A DNA stretch of 64,000 nucleotides, from assembly GCF_006345805.1 (NCBI RefSeq), contig NC_043009.1:682001-746000 (forward strand), given 5' to 3'. The notes beneath the pieces were generated by a model. The model saw nothing but the letters and a program-made list of their open reading frames with translations, was not told the DNA's origin and did not search any database. This stretch comes from Octopus sinensis. Taxonomy: Eukaryota. Of the stretch, positions 1 to 13,007 are shown piece after piece (the stretch's first letter is position 1; every line of letters starts with the position of its first letter). A program made the translations under genes and the position numbers.

Positions 1-192
1 GGTATCGGTCAAAATACCCAGCAGTATTTCTTCCGGCTCTTTACGTTCTCGGTTCAATTCCTGCCGATGTCAACATTAACCTTTCATTCTTCCAGAGTCG
101 ATAGAATTGAGTGCCAATCTAATAGTGCACTGTGGTCGACTTAATCGATTAATCCACACCTCAAAATTGCTGGCCTTGTGCCTAAATTAAAA
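1..192 (+). mobile_element. Degenerate tRNA-derived SINE, family A (5'-truncated at window edge)
   Basis: Aligns by eye to the better-preserved copy at 54783-55015 (ttacgttct..ttcaaattc..gtcga..ctttcat; ends ttgctggccttgtgcctaaa). Confidence 0.7.
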
Positions 193-249
193 TATTATTA
201 TTAGTGATGTTGCTGTTGCTGTTTTAATCAAATTTTATATATGATGGTT

Positions 250-462
250 TCTAATTTCAGCACAAGACCAACAATTAAGAAGAGAGGGGAGGGTTGTTGA
301 AACCATCAAATCTAATACTTTTCAGGTACTTTATTTAATGGTTTTGGAAGGGTGAAATCCAAAGTTAACCTCGGCGAGATTTGAATTCAGAAGGTAAAAC
401 GTCGGAAGAAATACCGCTTAGTATTTTTTCTGATTCTAAAGATTCTTCCAGCACGCCACCTT
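250..462 (-). mobile_element. Degenerate SINE, family A
   Basis: Reverse complement of the family A body (aaagttaacctcggcgagatttgaattcagaa...gaaataccgcttag). Confidence 0.65.
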
Positions 463-539
463 AAATTTACGAAATATTAAATGAAAATATTAACTTCTTA
501 GTTGGACGGCCTCATATATAAGGAGTGTGATAACAGTTG

Positions 540-1085
540 ATTGAATCGTTCTTCGTATACTTCTTTGTATACTTCCATCACTTTCAGAATCTATGAGTGA
601 TCTACACTATCGAGCGCCTTTTAATAGTCAATCCATGATGTGCTCAAGTTCGTTTTCTTGGTTTTTCAGTCTTCAATGATCCTTTTGTTTATCAGCAATT
701 GGTTCTTGCATCCGTAGCTCCCTCTTCGACAACCTTTTTGTTCTGGTGGTAGTAGGTTGTTGTCTTCTAGGAATGTGTATGTTCTTTCAGTGATTACAGA
801 TGTTAATATTTTATAATATTTTAATATTTTATATATTGTTGGTAGACAGGTCTATAGTTCTTTGGGTTTTCTGCGTCATTTGTTTTTGGTTAGGTATGTC
901 ACTCCCTGTGTCAACCAGTCTGGACTATTTTCTGAGTTTTTCACGACTTCGTTGTATGCTGATGACATATCTCCATGTATATCAACTAACTGTTTGATCC
1001 AGAATTTGGTACTCAATCTGTTCCCGGTGACTTCCAATTGCTGGCCTTTTTTCAGGGCCAGGATGACTGGTACTTATATGCTATG
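540..1085 (-). pseudogene. R4/Dong-like non-LTR retrotransposon reverse transcriptase fragment, disrupted
   Basis: Manual minus-strand translation gives ALKKASNWKSPG..PNFWIKQL..PDWLTQGVTYL..KNYRP and TERTYTFLEDNNLLPPEQKGCRRGSYGCKNQLLINK..LSTSWIDY, with stops and frameshifts. These motifs are typical of R4/Dong RT. Confidence 0.75.
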
Positions 1086-1531
1086 ATCTTGAATATGTGA
1101 GAAGACGATAAAGATGACATCGGCGGGTATCGAACTCAGAACACAGTACATAGAACTCAATACTATAAATCATTTCGCCTAGTGCTCTTCTACTCCAAAT
1201 GAAATGAAATATTAAAGTCCAACAGAAAATGATTTAGTGTTTGAGACGGTTCACACATTTCACTTCCGGTCAGAAGCTTCTTGATATTCCGATAGAAAAA
1301 CTTAGGATCTCAAAGTGTAACCTGTTGCTGATTTAGTTCCAGGAGAAACTGATTCAGTAGACTCGTGACCAAAAATGCTTTATCTATGACCACCCTGCCA
1401 TTTTCCCTATACACAAAATATTCAGTATGAAGTTATTTGAGGGAGATTTTGGCTACTATTCTTTTTGTCGGTTTAATATAATCATGTAGAGGGTGATGTG
1501 AGAGGAGAATTGACACTATTATTAGAAATAC

Positions 1532-1835
1532 GTGGAGGCACATGGCCTAGTGGTTAGAGCAGCGAACTCGCGGTCGAGGGATCGTGGGTTTGAATCTCAG
1601 ACCGGCGATTGTGTGTTTATGAGCGAAACACCTAAGCTCCACGCGGCTCCGACAGAAGGTAATGGCGAACTTCTGCTGACTCTTTCACCACAACTTTCTC
1701 TCACTCTTTCCTCCTGCATCTTGCAGCCCACCTACGACGGACCGGCGTCCCGTCTAGGTGGGGAACCTATATGCCAAGGAAACCGGGAAACCGGCCCTTA
1801 TGAGCCAGGCATGGCTCGAAAAGGAACAAACTAAA
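1532..1835 (+). mobile_element. tRNA-derived SINE, family C (tail type 1)
   Basis: A box tggcctagtggttag and B box gggtttgaatc, followed by the core cacctaagctccacgcggctccg. The tail cgacggaccggcgtcccgtctagg resembles a V-domain. Confidence 0.8.
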
Positions 1836-2619
1836 ACAAACATTATTAGAAATACAGCAAAATAACCCCCCACCAAAATCATTAATATATAGATTATTGT
1901 ATAGTTATTTATTACAAAGTACAAAAGCGGACCAATTAACCGATAAACTAGGCACCGGCACTTGGGACCGGCAGTATCTCGGATTTCTGAATTTCCGGTT
2001 TTCTGGACACAGCCTAAATATTTACTTAAAGTATAACCTAAACAATGAAAAGGAAAAAAACTAAATTATATTTAAAAAATTCAAATTAGCACATTTCTGA
2101 AGCAGGGTCTGTTTGATATTTAATTATTTATTTAAAATTCATAAAATATGAAGAACTTACTTTCAAAACCAGAAATATGCATCTGAATTACTTTTGGAGA
2201 ATTGAGGAAGTTCAGTATCTAAATACATCTGATCTTGATTGGAAGACTAAGATTCGCCTCCTGCCTTTATGGCATCTATCCCAGTTTGACTGGAAAAAAA
2301 TTTTACGTACGTGAAGCCAGTAGCTGGCAGATTGTATTTTAATGGTTATCATGAAATCGACCAAATATGCACGTATACCGGTTTTGAAAATAAGCTCCTC
2401 ATATCAAATCTTACCATGTTTACAGCATAACATTTTTATGATGAAAATTAAAAGAAGAAAAATAAAGCATATAAATTTATTTAACAAATGTAGGTACAAA
2501 ATAATAACTTTGATAACTTTGATAGATTTCAGCCAGTATAGGCCCAGGCCATGTCTAACTCAATAGCACTACATGGTGAAGTCTTTTTGTCATATATGGG
2601 CACCACAACTCAATCTAGC

Positions 2620-3545
2620 AAAGAGTTATTATTGTTGGAGACATATCCGGGTGTAGGAGGTTGGTCCGGGAGTTTTTGAAGAAATTTGTCCAGTGAACAT
2701 TTGAATTTTATGGGATCCGTTTTGATGTATTTTGGTATGGTATTAAAGAGAGCTGGACCAGCTGAGGTAAAGCAATGTTGCTATGTGTACCGAGTTCGAT
2801 TTTTGTAGTGGGCGAATAGCACGGGGGCCAAGTCTTGGATGGATTTTAAAATTGATGCTAACATCATTTGTGCAATATTGATGGAATATTTTTCACATAA
2901 CACAAATAATGTAGCGCTCCCGACAGCGTAGGAGAGAAGAGATTGGATTTTTTTTTAGTCGGCCCCAATAATCAATGCCTCTCATGCCGTCTATCTTTCT
3001 TGTTATTGACCTATGAGCTGATTCTACTTTCATAATGAGTTGCTTCGTATGGGGAGACCACAGTAGGCAACAGTACCCAAGGTGGGGTCGGGCAAAAGTA
3101 GAGTAGAGAAAAATGATGGTGTAGGCATCTCTAGACCGGGAAGTTCTCAAAATCCAGGAGCACATCTTGCAGGCCAAGTCAACCTTACTGTTTACGTGGG
3201 AATTCCAGCTTAGATTGCTTTCAACAATTACTCCAAGATCTCTGATTGTGTTGGCTGACACTAGGGAGTTGCCTGAGGGAAGAGCATATGGTAATTTCAG
3301 AGTTTCCTCTTTCCCAAAGTGGATCAAATCAAACTTATCTTCATTTAAAAGCATATTGTTTTTTTCCGCCTGTTGGACAATAGCAAATGGATCTGACTGA
3401 AGGTATGTTCGGTCTGTCATGCCGTTTATGGCTTTCTGGAGTTTGGAATCATCTGCAAAGATTTTCAATGTAGAATGTTTGATGACATCTATTATGTCGT
3501 TGATGTAAATAATAAAGAGGAGTGGGCAGCAGAGGATGTTTAATC
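2620..3545 (-). pseudogene. CR1/Jockey-group LINE RT C-terminal fragment
   Basis: ORF 2893-3468 contains KIFADDSKL, LNEDKF, RDLGV..LSWNSHV, LYSTFARPHLGYC..WSP. It has no N-terminus and is degenerate. Confidence 0.8.
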
Positions 3546-4193
3546 TTTATCAAAACACTTTAAAATTTTAAGAACAAATTTTTTTTTTGTTTTTTAATAT
3601 TTTAATGTTTTTTTAGTGTTTTAATTTTTTTTCTGTGCATTTTAATGGTTATCATGAAATTGACCAAATATGCATGTATACCGGTTTTGAAAGTAAGCTA
3701 CTCATATCAAACCTTACCATGTTTACAGTATAATGTTTTTATGACCACCTTCAGAAACAGGGTCTGTTTACTCAATACAGGGTACAGTATATTGCCTAGT
3801 ATTCCCGGACTTCTGGCAATTCAGGATTTCTAGAAGCCAGATAAACAGTCCGGTATTGCATACCGAACGTCTGCTACATCTGTAAGTTGTTTGATAGTCT
3901 TAAATGGCTGAACACAAGATTGCACCGGGTGTTGTATTTCGGAGACTTCAGAACAAATAGACGAGGGGGACCAATAAACCACTTTGATATTTACTGGCAG
4001 AGATACACAGAATGAAACTGAGCTCTTAGCAAATCTATTGGGATAAAGATTCCTGCTGCTATGTTATATAATCTCCAAAGTGTATTTTTTAAAGTCAATT
4101 TAAAATGACACACCCTTTTAGTGTGAGAGGCTGTGCACACATTGCGTAATATCAGAGGGAGTATAATAAAAAGCTAACAAATTGTGACGCTGG

Positions 4194-4241
<48 letters not shown>

Positions 4242-4293
4242 CGGGTTGATTCGGGGTTAACCACAGTAAATAAGGTACTCAATATATATAATA

Positions 4294-4326
<33 letters not shown>

Positions 4327-4334
4327 TTACTCTT

Positions 4335-4537
4335 GAATCTTTTACTCTTTTACTTGTTTCAGTCATTTGACTGCGGCCATGCTAGAGCACCGCCTTTAGT
4401 CGAGCAAGTCGACCCCAGGACTTATTCTTTGTAAGCCTAGTACTTATTCTATCGGTCTCTTTTGCCAAACCGCTAAGTTACGGGGATGTAAACACACCAG
4501 CATCGGTTGTCAAGTGATGTTGAGGGGACAAACACAG

Positions 4538-4568
<31 letters not shown>

Positions 4569-4742
4569 AAGATATATATATACACACACATATACGACAG
4601 GCTTCTTTCAGTTTCCGTCTACCAAATCCACTCAAAAAGGCTTTGGTCGGCTTGAGGCTATAGTAGAAGACACTTGCCCAAGTTGCCCCGCTGTGGGACT
4701 GAACCCGGAACTATGTTATCGGTAAGTAAGCCACTTACCACA
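4335..4742 (-). mobile_element. SINE family B (tRNA head, CORE-like box, internal (CA)/(TA) tract, 3' body)
   Basis: Reverse complement of the copy at 50573-50935 (cttctttcagtttccgtctaccaaatccactc; ccgctaagttacgggga). Confidence 0.85.
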
Positions 4743-4837
4743 CACCCACTCCATCACGATTATTTCGTAATATCAGAGCACGATAAAAGCGTGACAAATG
4801 ATAATCCTTGTTATATAGACACACACACACACACGCA

Positions 4838-4838
<1 letters not shown>

Positions 4839-4880
<42 letters not shown>

Positions 4881-4898
4881 ATAATAATAATTATAATT

Positions 4899-4951
<53 letters not shown>

Positions 4952-4956
4952 TATTA

Positions 4957-4988
<32 letters not shown>
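4839..4988. repeat. (TTA)n/(TCA)n microsatellite
   Basis: Seen directly. Confidence 0.95.
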
Positions 4989-5544
4989 GAGTGAGAGAGC
5001 AGTGCATGCCATCAAAGTGACACTGGGGTACAGATATACGAAGCCCAGTATACCCATCATGACTACCCCTCTGATAAGAGTACACCAGGCACATGCATCA
5101 CAACCATATGTGCGCGACATGGTGATCTCATATCAAGATAAACAGCACATGACCTTGCAGGTGGGACCCAGTTAGAATTTTCTTCTGGTCGAGTAACCCA
5201 TCCTTCCAAAAGGTCCCTGAGTAAGGGTTGTTTAAGGATGTTGAACGAAACACCCATGTTTCCAGGGGGGAATTATTCAAACCCCAAAGAATCCCTCTCA
5301 ACACACGGCTATGATACTCCCCCCACTACTTCTGCTCGTGATCAGAGATGCACATATCGTCAGCCACTAAGGGACATGCTCAACTGGTTAAGGTCAAACA
5401 ACTGACAAGCAAATCTGTGGTATTGAGCAGAATATTTGCTGTAGCTCATCTTTTATACCAAGACAAAACAATGTACATGATAACACTTCCAATCAGTTAA
5501 GATCAGAAGCTATGATAACCACTGGCTGTTACTGCATCAGGGCA
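4989..5544 (-). mobile_element. Non-coding ~550-bp interspersed repeat flanked by (TTA)n on both sides
   Basis: A homologous copy in opposite orientation lies at 20401-20940 and a fragment at ~30105-30290. No ORF with recognisable motifs. Confidence 0.8.
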
Positions 5545-5551
5545 TTTATTA

Positions 5552-5626
<75 letters not shown>

Positions 5627-5628
<2 letters not shown>

Positions 5629-6363
5629 TATATTTGACTTTTGCTTTATATTTGTACAAGTTTGCTCCAAGTCTCACCCAGAGACCTCAAGAGACAACAG
5701 GTTGGAAGTTCACGTTGTTGTTATGCCTAATGTGCCATATATTTGGGGGGTTTTTTTGGTGTTGCACTAGTGAATGTCTAAAAAAAATTATGTTTGTTTT
5801 AAACCTTGAGATTACATAGAAAGTATTTTGTGTAGGATATGAGCAGTTCCCATGAGCACTATCTTTTGAATTTCTGCCATTTTGGGGTTTCCTGGTATCT
5901 GAGTTAGGTAGCAATCAGCCCCTTTTGCTATCATTCCCAGGGCACCTATGACAGCAGGTATTGTTTTAGTCTTCAGGTTCCACATTTTGCTGATTTCTAT
6001 TTCAAGATCTTTATATTTGCTCTGTTTTTGGTAGGTCTTGACAGATACGTTTATATCGATTGGGACAGTCATATCAATGAAGAGACATGTTCTTTGTCTG
6101 AAGTCTTTCAATATGATGTCTGGCGTATTTGCATCGATCTTTCTGTCAGTTTGAATGGTGAAGTTCCAGAAGAGTGAGATGTGGCCATTTTCAAGCACTG
6201 GAGGTGGTTTGTGTTCCCACCAGATTTTTTCATGGGTCAAATCCATGTTTTTGCAAATTACCCAGTGAATATATTGTGCAGCTCTATCATGCCTGTTGAG
6301 ATACTCTGTAGGCGCAAGAAGACTGCACTTGGAGACAACATGATCAATGGTTTAGACAACATG
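5627..6363 (-). mobile_element. 5'-truncated R4/Dong-type LINE (restriction-like endonuclease end plus 3' UTR) within (TTA)n
   Basis: ORF 5812-6246 has PDIILKD..FIDMTVP..KYKDLEIEISKMW..IPAVIGALG. The same frame extends upstream to TIDHVVSKC..RHDRAAQYIHW. (TTA)n lies at 5546-5626 and 6364-6516. Confidence 0.9.
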
Positions 6364-6426
<63 letters not shown>

Positions 6427-6445
6427 GTTGTTGTTGTTGTTGTTG

Positions 6446-6493
<48 letters not shown>

Positions 6494-7167
6494 TATTATT
6501 ATTATTATTATTATTACTCAGGCTGTATTTTTTATTGGTGCTGAAGTTTAGGGGTAAAAAGAAATACATTAAAGCGGGACAGGGTAGGAGAAAAATGACA
6601 GAACGATTAAGAATAGGAAATTTACGAGGTAAGCGCTGAGAAATCTTAAGTGATTAAAAACTACCCAATTATACCAATCAATATGATGGGGGAAATATCT
6701 CATTAACAAGCCTGAGTGTTCAACTTCAAGGTATCATCTGACGACCTCGTTTTGGCTTCCTTCATTCGCAGACGATACTACTTGGCGAGTGAAGATTATT
6801 ATGAAATATGCCGTTGAAGAATTGATTTTCATACTTAGAGAATGCTAAAATAAGTTATTTTTATATCTTGTATCGACCTCAGCAACTAGTTGAGTCACGG
6901 GGAAATGATTAAGAAAGTAGTACGGAAGTAGCTAGGATAGAAAATTTTCGATAAAGTTAGAAACTCTTGAAAATTCGCGACATGAAATGACAATTAAAAG
7001 TGATTGAAAAGGATAAGATTGTTTCGTTTTACTGATTAAATATGCACACTGCCTCGCGTGCATAACTGTATATATGTGACTACGTGTGTACGTGCGTATG
7101 CATGTGCGTACGCATGTCTTCTTGTTTTCGCTTAATTGTCGACAAGCCTATGTGAATGATGTTCACT

Positions 7168-7297
<130 letters not shown>

Positions 7298-7299
7298 CT

Positions 7300-8047
7300 T
7301 AAAATAAAATATGGTCCGTTGTCTTTTGCTAAACTGGGGTCATCTCTCGACCTTAGGGTCATAGCAGGTCCTCATCTCATGGAGAGTACACGGCGTAAAA
7401 TGTGTGCGGAACCTAGCAACACTATTTTCTGAAGTTCTCCCGCGTTAATACTGCAAGGGAGTTTGTTGAGCTGCTTATCAAGGCCCTTTTTAATTAGCCC
7501 TAGCGCTCCAATCCCCACTGGCGCTGTGCTGCTTTTCATTCCCCACATCTTGGTCACTTCTATTTCTAGGTCTTTGTACTTAAATAACTTCTCAACTTCT
7601 TTAATGGACACGTTTCTCTCTGATGGTACTGTCACATCTATCATTAAGCATTTCTTATTCTTCCAATCTTTGATGATTATATCCGGCCTGTTTGCCTTGA
7701 TTTCTTTATCGGTGTTGATTGGCATGTCCCAGATTACTGTTACATTATCTTTTCCAGTCACAGTTTCGGGTTTATGCTGGTACCATCTTTCTGAAGCTGG
7801 AAGCTAGTAGTGTTTACGTATCTTCCAATGGATATATTGCGCTACTCTATCATGTCTCTGAATATATTCGGTTTCTGCCAACTGTGCATCCAGTTCAGAT
7901 GTGGTCCACTGTTTCATCCTGCTCATGACACATTCTGCATTTCGGGTCAGTGCCATCGTTCATTATTTTGTTGTGGTAAGCCCTGGTTGCCAAGCTTTGA
8001 TCTTGTACTGCTATAATAAGTCCTGAGCTCTTCATCCATACGAAATC
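7300..8047 (-). mobile_element. 5'-truncated R4/Dong-type LINE (CCHC knuckle plus RLE) within (TTA)n
   Basis: ORF 7895-8098 has CRMCHEQDETVDHI and ORF 7372-7761 has RPDIIIKD..IDVTVP..KYKDLEIEV..IGALG. Flanked by (TTA)n and (TTG)n(TTA)n. Confidence 0.9.
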
Positions 8048-8156
8048 ATTATTGTTGTTGTTGTTGTTGTTGTTATTATTATTATCATTATTATTCAAAA
8101 CAGTTTGATTCGGCCGAATCCAACTGTTTTAAATAATAATATAAATAACATCTAAT

Positions 8157-8378
8157 GAGGCGAGCTGGCAGAGTGGTTAGCACGCCGGGCGAAATGCTCA
8201 GCGGTATTCCGTCTGTCTTTACATTTTGATATCAAATTCTGCCGAGATTGACTTTGTCTTTCATTCTTTCGGGGTCGATAAATTAAGTAACCTTTGCTTA
8301 GTGGGGTCGATCTAATCGATTGGCTCCCTCCCCAAAAATGTTGGGCCTTGTGCCTAGAATAGAAAAGAATATATGTAA
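8157..8378 (+). mobile_element. SINE family A
   Basis: ggcgagctggcagagtggttagcacgccgggcgaaatgc...ttgggccttgtgcctagaatagaaa. Confidence 0.85.
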
Positions 8379-8446
8379 CTCATACAAAATATGTTGGATG
8401 CTTCTTTCTTTCGTTTGTCCACTCACTCGTATATGTATATATATAT

Positions 8447-8720
8447 ATTATTTATGCGCCCTTTTCAAGCCTAGCCAGGCTCATGGGCCCGGTTTCTGTG
8501 GCGCATGTGTTCCCAGTCCATCGCAGCGTTACTCAAGAAACAGGAAGAGAGAGTGAGAGAAAGTTGGGGGCGAAAGAGTACAACAGGGGTCGCCACCACC
8601 CCCTGCCTGAGCCTCGCGGAGCTTTAGGTGTTTTCGCTCAACACACACAACGCCCGGTCTGGCAATCGAAACCGTGTTCCTCCGACCGCGAGTCCGCTCC
8701 CTAACCACTGAGCCATTGAG
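8447..8720 (-). mobile_element. SINE family C (V-domain-like tail)
   Basis: Same head and core as 1532-1835. The tail reads ctgcgatggactgg on the minus strand. Confidence 0.8.
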
Positions 8721-8721
8721 C

Positions 8722-8820
<99 letters not shown>

Positions 8821-8834
8821 ATACATATATATAT

Positions 8835-8913
<79 letters not shown>

Positions 8914-9449
8914 ATACACGATGGGCTTCTTTCAGTTTCTGTCTACCAAATCCACTCACAAGACTTTGATCGCCCGAGGCTATAGTAGAAGACATTCCCT
9001 AGGTGCCACGCAGTGGGATTGAACCCGGAACCAGGAGATTAGTAAGCACACAGCCACTCCTGCGCCTATATATATATTTGTATACAGAGTTAAATAAGAT
9101 TCAGGTGAAAACCATGTATCATGCTATGCAAAGCTTGTCTACAGTTATTGGCTACCTGATGTCATCATACAGTGGAAATGATACTGCAACTGAATATACA
9201 GCAGGAATTCGATAGTATCCGTAGAGTTTATATAAATTCACAAATGAAAGAAAATGGGAAAAACGACATTCTATATTTTTAAAATGATTACAATTGTTGC
9301 GATGCATTTCTACTCATGTAGTACATAGGTGAAATGCTGAGTAATCATTATTTTATTTCCAAGGTGTAAAATGTGCTTCTTCGAGTGATTGCTTCAAGAC
9401 GTTCTTCCTTTGACCCTTTTGCCCTTTTACACAGTGTGATGTGTCATTT

Positions 9450-9600
9450 CCAATCAGGAACATATGAAGAACGCATGGGTCAGGTTCCGGAGCTGTCTTG
9501 ACGCCCTAGTGGAAGCTGAAGGTGTATACTCTGAGTAAACCTTTATCTCCCAGCGACAATCTTGTTGCTATTTTTTAAAAAAATTATACTTTTTTTCGTT
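9450..9600 (+). pseudogene. Probable Tc1/mariner transposase C-terminal remnant
   Basis: Translates EHMKNAWVRFRSCLDALVEAEGVYSE*, resembling the R..AV..A.GG..E terminus of this superfamily. Confidence 0.45.
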
Positions 9601-9665
9601 TAAATGACAGCTGTTCTTTTTTTTTCGTTTAAATGCCGACTATCAAATTTAGCTCGGACTCTCGG

Positions 9666-9964
9666 TACATACATACATACATACATACATACATACATAC
9701 ATACATACATACATACATACATGCATACATACATACATACATACATACATACATACATGCATGCATGCATACATACATACATACATACATACATACATAC
9801 ATACATACATACATACATACATACATGCATGGATACATACATACATACATACATACATACATACATACATACATACATACATACATACTTACATACATAC
9901 ATACATACATACATATATACATACATGCATACATACATACATACATACATACATACATACATAC

Positions 9965-9995
<31 letters not shown>

Positions 9996-10156
9996 CATAC
10001 ATACATACATGCATGCATACATACATACATACATACTTACATACATACATACATACATATATACATACATGCATACATACTTACATACATACATACATAC
10101 ATGCATGCATGCATACATACATACATACATACATACATACATACATACATACATAC

Positions 10157-10187
<31 letters not shown>

Positions 10188-10331
10188 CATGCATACATAC
10201 ATACATACATACATACATACATACATCCATACATACATACATACATACATACATACATACATACATGCATGCATACATACATACATACATACATACATAC
10301 ATCCATACATACATACATACATACATACATA
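9666..10331. repeat. (CATA)n tetranucleotide microsatellite
   Basis: Seen directly. Source of the YIHT/MYVC pseudo-ORFs. Confidence 0.97.
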
Positions 10332-10640
10332 CTGCTTTGAAACCTCCAACTTCTATATCCGGATTATAAATTTACATTTATACCAATAATAATTGGAGCA
10401 TTTCGTTTTGTAAGTAATTGCCTAACTGTCGGTTTGGATATGCTTTGATTTTCAGAAAAAGAAACCAACCGACTGATTCACACATCACAAATACAATCAG
10501 TAAGCAGAACGGTTAGACTATGCAAGACTTTTCTCAAGTTTAAAATGTGACATAGTTTTCGTTATCTACATTCCAAACATGGAGTGTTGTATCTTTGTTA
10601 GAAACCAGAGGAATAATTTAAATAATTAAATACAGAAGAG
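10332..10640 (+). pseudogene. 3' end of a second R4-like (RLE) LINE subfamily
   Basis: Translates NLQLLYPDYKFTFIPIIIGA..FSEKETNRLIHTSQIQSVSRTVRLCKTFLKFKM*. A related ending occurs at ~52950-53095. Confidence 0.55.
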
Positions 10641-11689
10641 AATACATCCATCCATCCATCCATAAATCCATCCATCCATACATTCATCCATCCATACATC
10701 CATCCATACATCCATCCATACATCCATCCATACATCCATCCATCCATACATCCATCCATACATACATACATACATACATACATACATACAACATCCATAC
10801 ATACATACATACATACATACATACATACATACATCCATCCATACATCCATCCATACATACATACATACATACATACATCCATACATACATACATACATAC
10901 ATACATACATACATACATACATACATACATACATACATACATGCACAAATACATATATATGATATGGACTCACATGCATGCACACACCACACGCTCACGC
11001 TTACACACAATTATATGTGTGCGCATGTGTGAGTATATACGTTTGCTTCAGGAAGTGCTTTGCGTTATTCTTACCCTTCCCTTAAACCCCCACCTCAACC
11101 ACTACTACCTTCTCTACCAAACCACCACAACAAAATTTTAAAATAAGGCAATATATTAATATATGATATATGAATAAATAAATATATGAATAAATAAATA
11201 AATATATAAATAAATAAATAACTCAAATCGCACGCATTTCCGCCGTTGCTTGGTAACAGGATCAGTGATATGATTGGCTGAATGGAAGATGTCATCTTTT
11301 CTTTTGAATTATGGTTACACTACTAAGTCATTGGTTAAATTTTTAGCTATAAGGATCGATTTGCTTCTTTCTCCGAGGATTAGCTGTATAAACATGCTTA
11401 ATAGTACATTGCTAGTCATGCCGCGGAATGGTAAGATTGGTAATGGATAATAGCAAAGTTGGCCTCTGTGTGTATATGTGCAGTTGAGTATATGCGTGTC
11501 TATTTGTGTTTTCGCATATCATCCTATGCTACAATGTATCATGTGTAGAAGCTTCAATACATAGTTTTTCAGATGGATGAATATTGAAGAGTAACATAAT
11601 GAGAAAATGTGACACAAATATATAAGAGATGTGTGACAAAACATGTTCCATTTACATATATTTAAATGATCCTTTCTATTATAGACACA

Positions 11690-11868
11690 ACGTCTGAAGT
11701 TTTGGGAGGGTGTGTCGATTACATCGACCCCAGCACTCAACTCGTACTTATTTCCACAGGATGAAATGCGAAGTCCATCTCCTGCAGAGTTAGAACTCAG
11801 AACATAGACAGACGAAATACTGCTAAGCATTTTTTTCCAGTGTGCTAATGATTCTACCAGCTAACTGC
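11690..11868 (-). mobile_element. SINE family A
   Basis: gtcgattacatcgaccccagc..gaactcagaac..agacgaaatactgctaagcat. Confidence 0.7.
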
Positions 11869-12330
11869 CTTCATATATTCATTCTACGCCATCGTCTCTG
11901 CTGGTTGGGTCACGTACAGCGTATGGAGCCCTCTCGTCTCCCAAGAATCATGCTCTACGAAGAACTTGCAATAGGAACAAGACCCAGAGGAGGTCCGAAA
12001 TTTCGTTTTAAAGACCAGCTCAAACGGACCTTGGCTCAAGTTAACATCCAACCAACCTCATGGGAACAGACTGTCTTGGATAGGAAAGCCTGGAGGACTG
12101 CTATCCGCTATGGAGCCAGCTCCTTCGAGCAGAATAGACAAAAGAATGAGGAGACAAAACCAGGAGAAGAAAGGAACGTCTTCAGCATCATCGACCTGCA
12201 CTGACCACGACTCTTTGACCACCGACTTGGTCTCCAAAGTTACTTTCGGCTCAAACATCAAACGAGGAGACTGGATGGATACTGACCAACCTAGTGGTCG
12301 AATACGAGCTGGAACCGACCATTCATGTAA
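11865..12330 (+). pseudogene. RTE-clade LINE C-terminal fragment
   Basis: ORF 11842-12204 has RLCWLGHVQRMEPSRLPRIMLYEEL..GTRPRGGPKFRFKDQLK. Confidence 0.85.
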
Positions 12331-12342
12331 TAATAAACAGAT

Positions 12343-12384
<42 letters not shown>

Positions 12385-12464
12385 ATATATATATAAGATA
12401 TATATATATATGTATATATATGTATATATATATATGTATATATATATACATATATATTCTTTTA

Positions 12465-12850
12465 TTTCTTTACTTTTTTCAGTCATTTAACTGCGGCCAT
12501 GCTGGAGCATCACCTTTAGTGGAACGAATCGACCTGAGGTTGTTCTTTGTAAGCCTACTACTTATTCTATCACTCTATTTTGCTGAACCGCTAAGTTACG
12601 GGGACGTAAACACTCCATCATCGGTGTCAAGCGATGATGGGGGGACAAGACACACGCAACAACATACATAAATACATGTTTGTGTGTGTGTGTATATATA
12701 TATATACGACGGACCTCTTTCAGTTTCCGTCCACCAAATCCACGCACAAGACTTTGACCAGCCCGAGGCTGTAGAAGAAGACACTTGGCCAAGGTATCAC
12801 GCAGTGGGGCTGAATTCAGAACCATGCGATTTAAAAACAAGCTTCTTACC
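12465..12850 (-). mobile_element. SINE family B
   Basis: Same blocks as 4335-4742. Confidence 0.85.
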
Positions 12851-12920
12851 ACACAAACACTATATATATATATATACATACATACATACACACATACATA
12901 CATACATACACACACATACA

Positions 12921-12956
<36 letters not shown>

Positions 12957-12957
12957 T

Positions 12958-13007
<50 letters not shown>

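Noticed and set aside
1532-1610. tRNA genes (also the heads at 14143, 36996, 48945, 50573, 54783)
   Set aside because: A/B boxes are present, but I could not fold a full cloverleaf with an acceptor stem, and each head runs into a SINE body.
9600-10389. Long ORFs such as MYVC/YIHT repeats (also 18470-19225, 27013-27401, 28909-29436, 39992-41298, 47480-47931, 61250-61787)
   Set aside because: These are stop-free translations of (CATA)n, (TA)n and (TG)n microsatellites, not genes.
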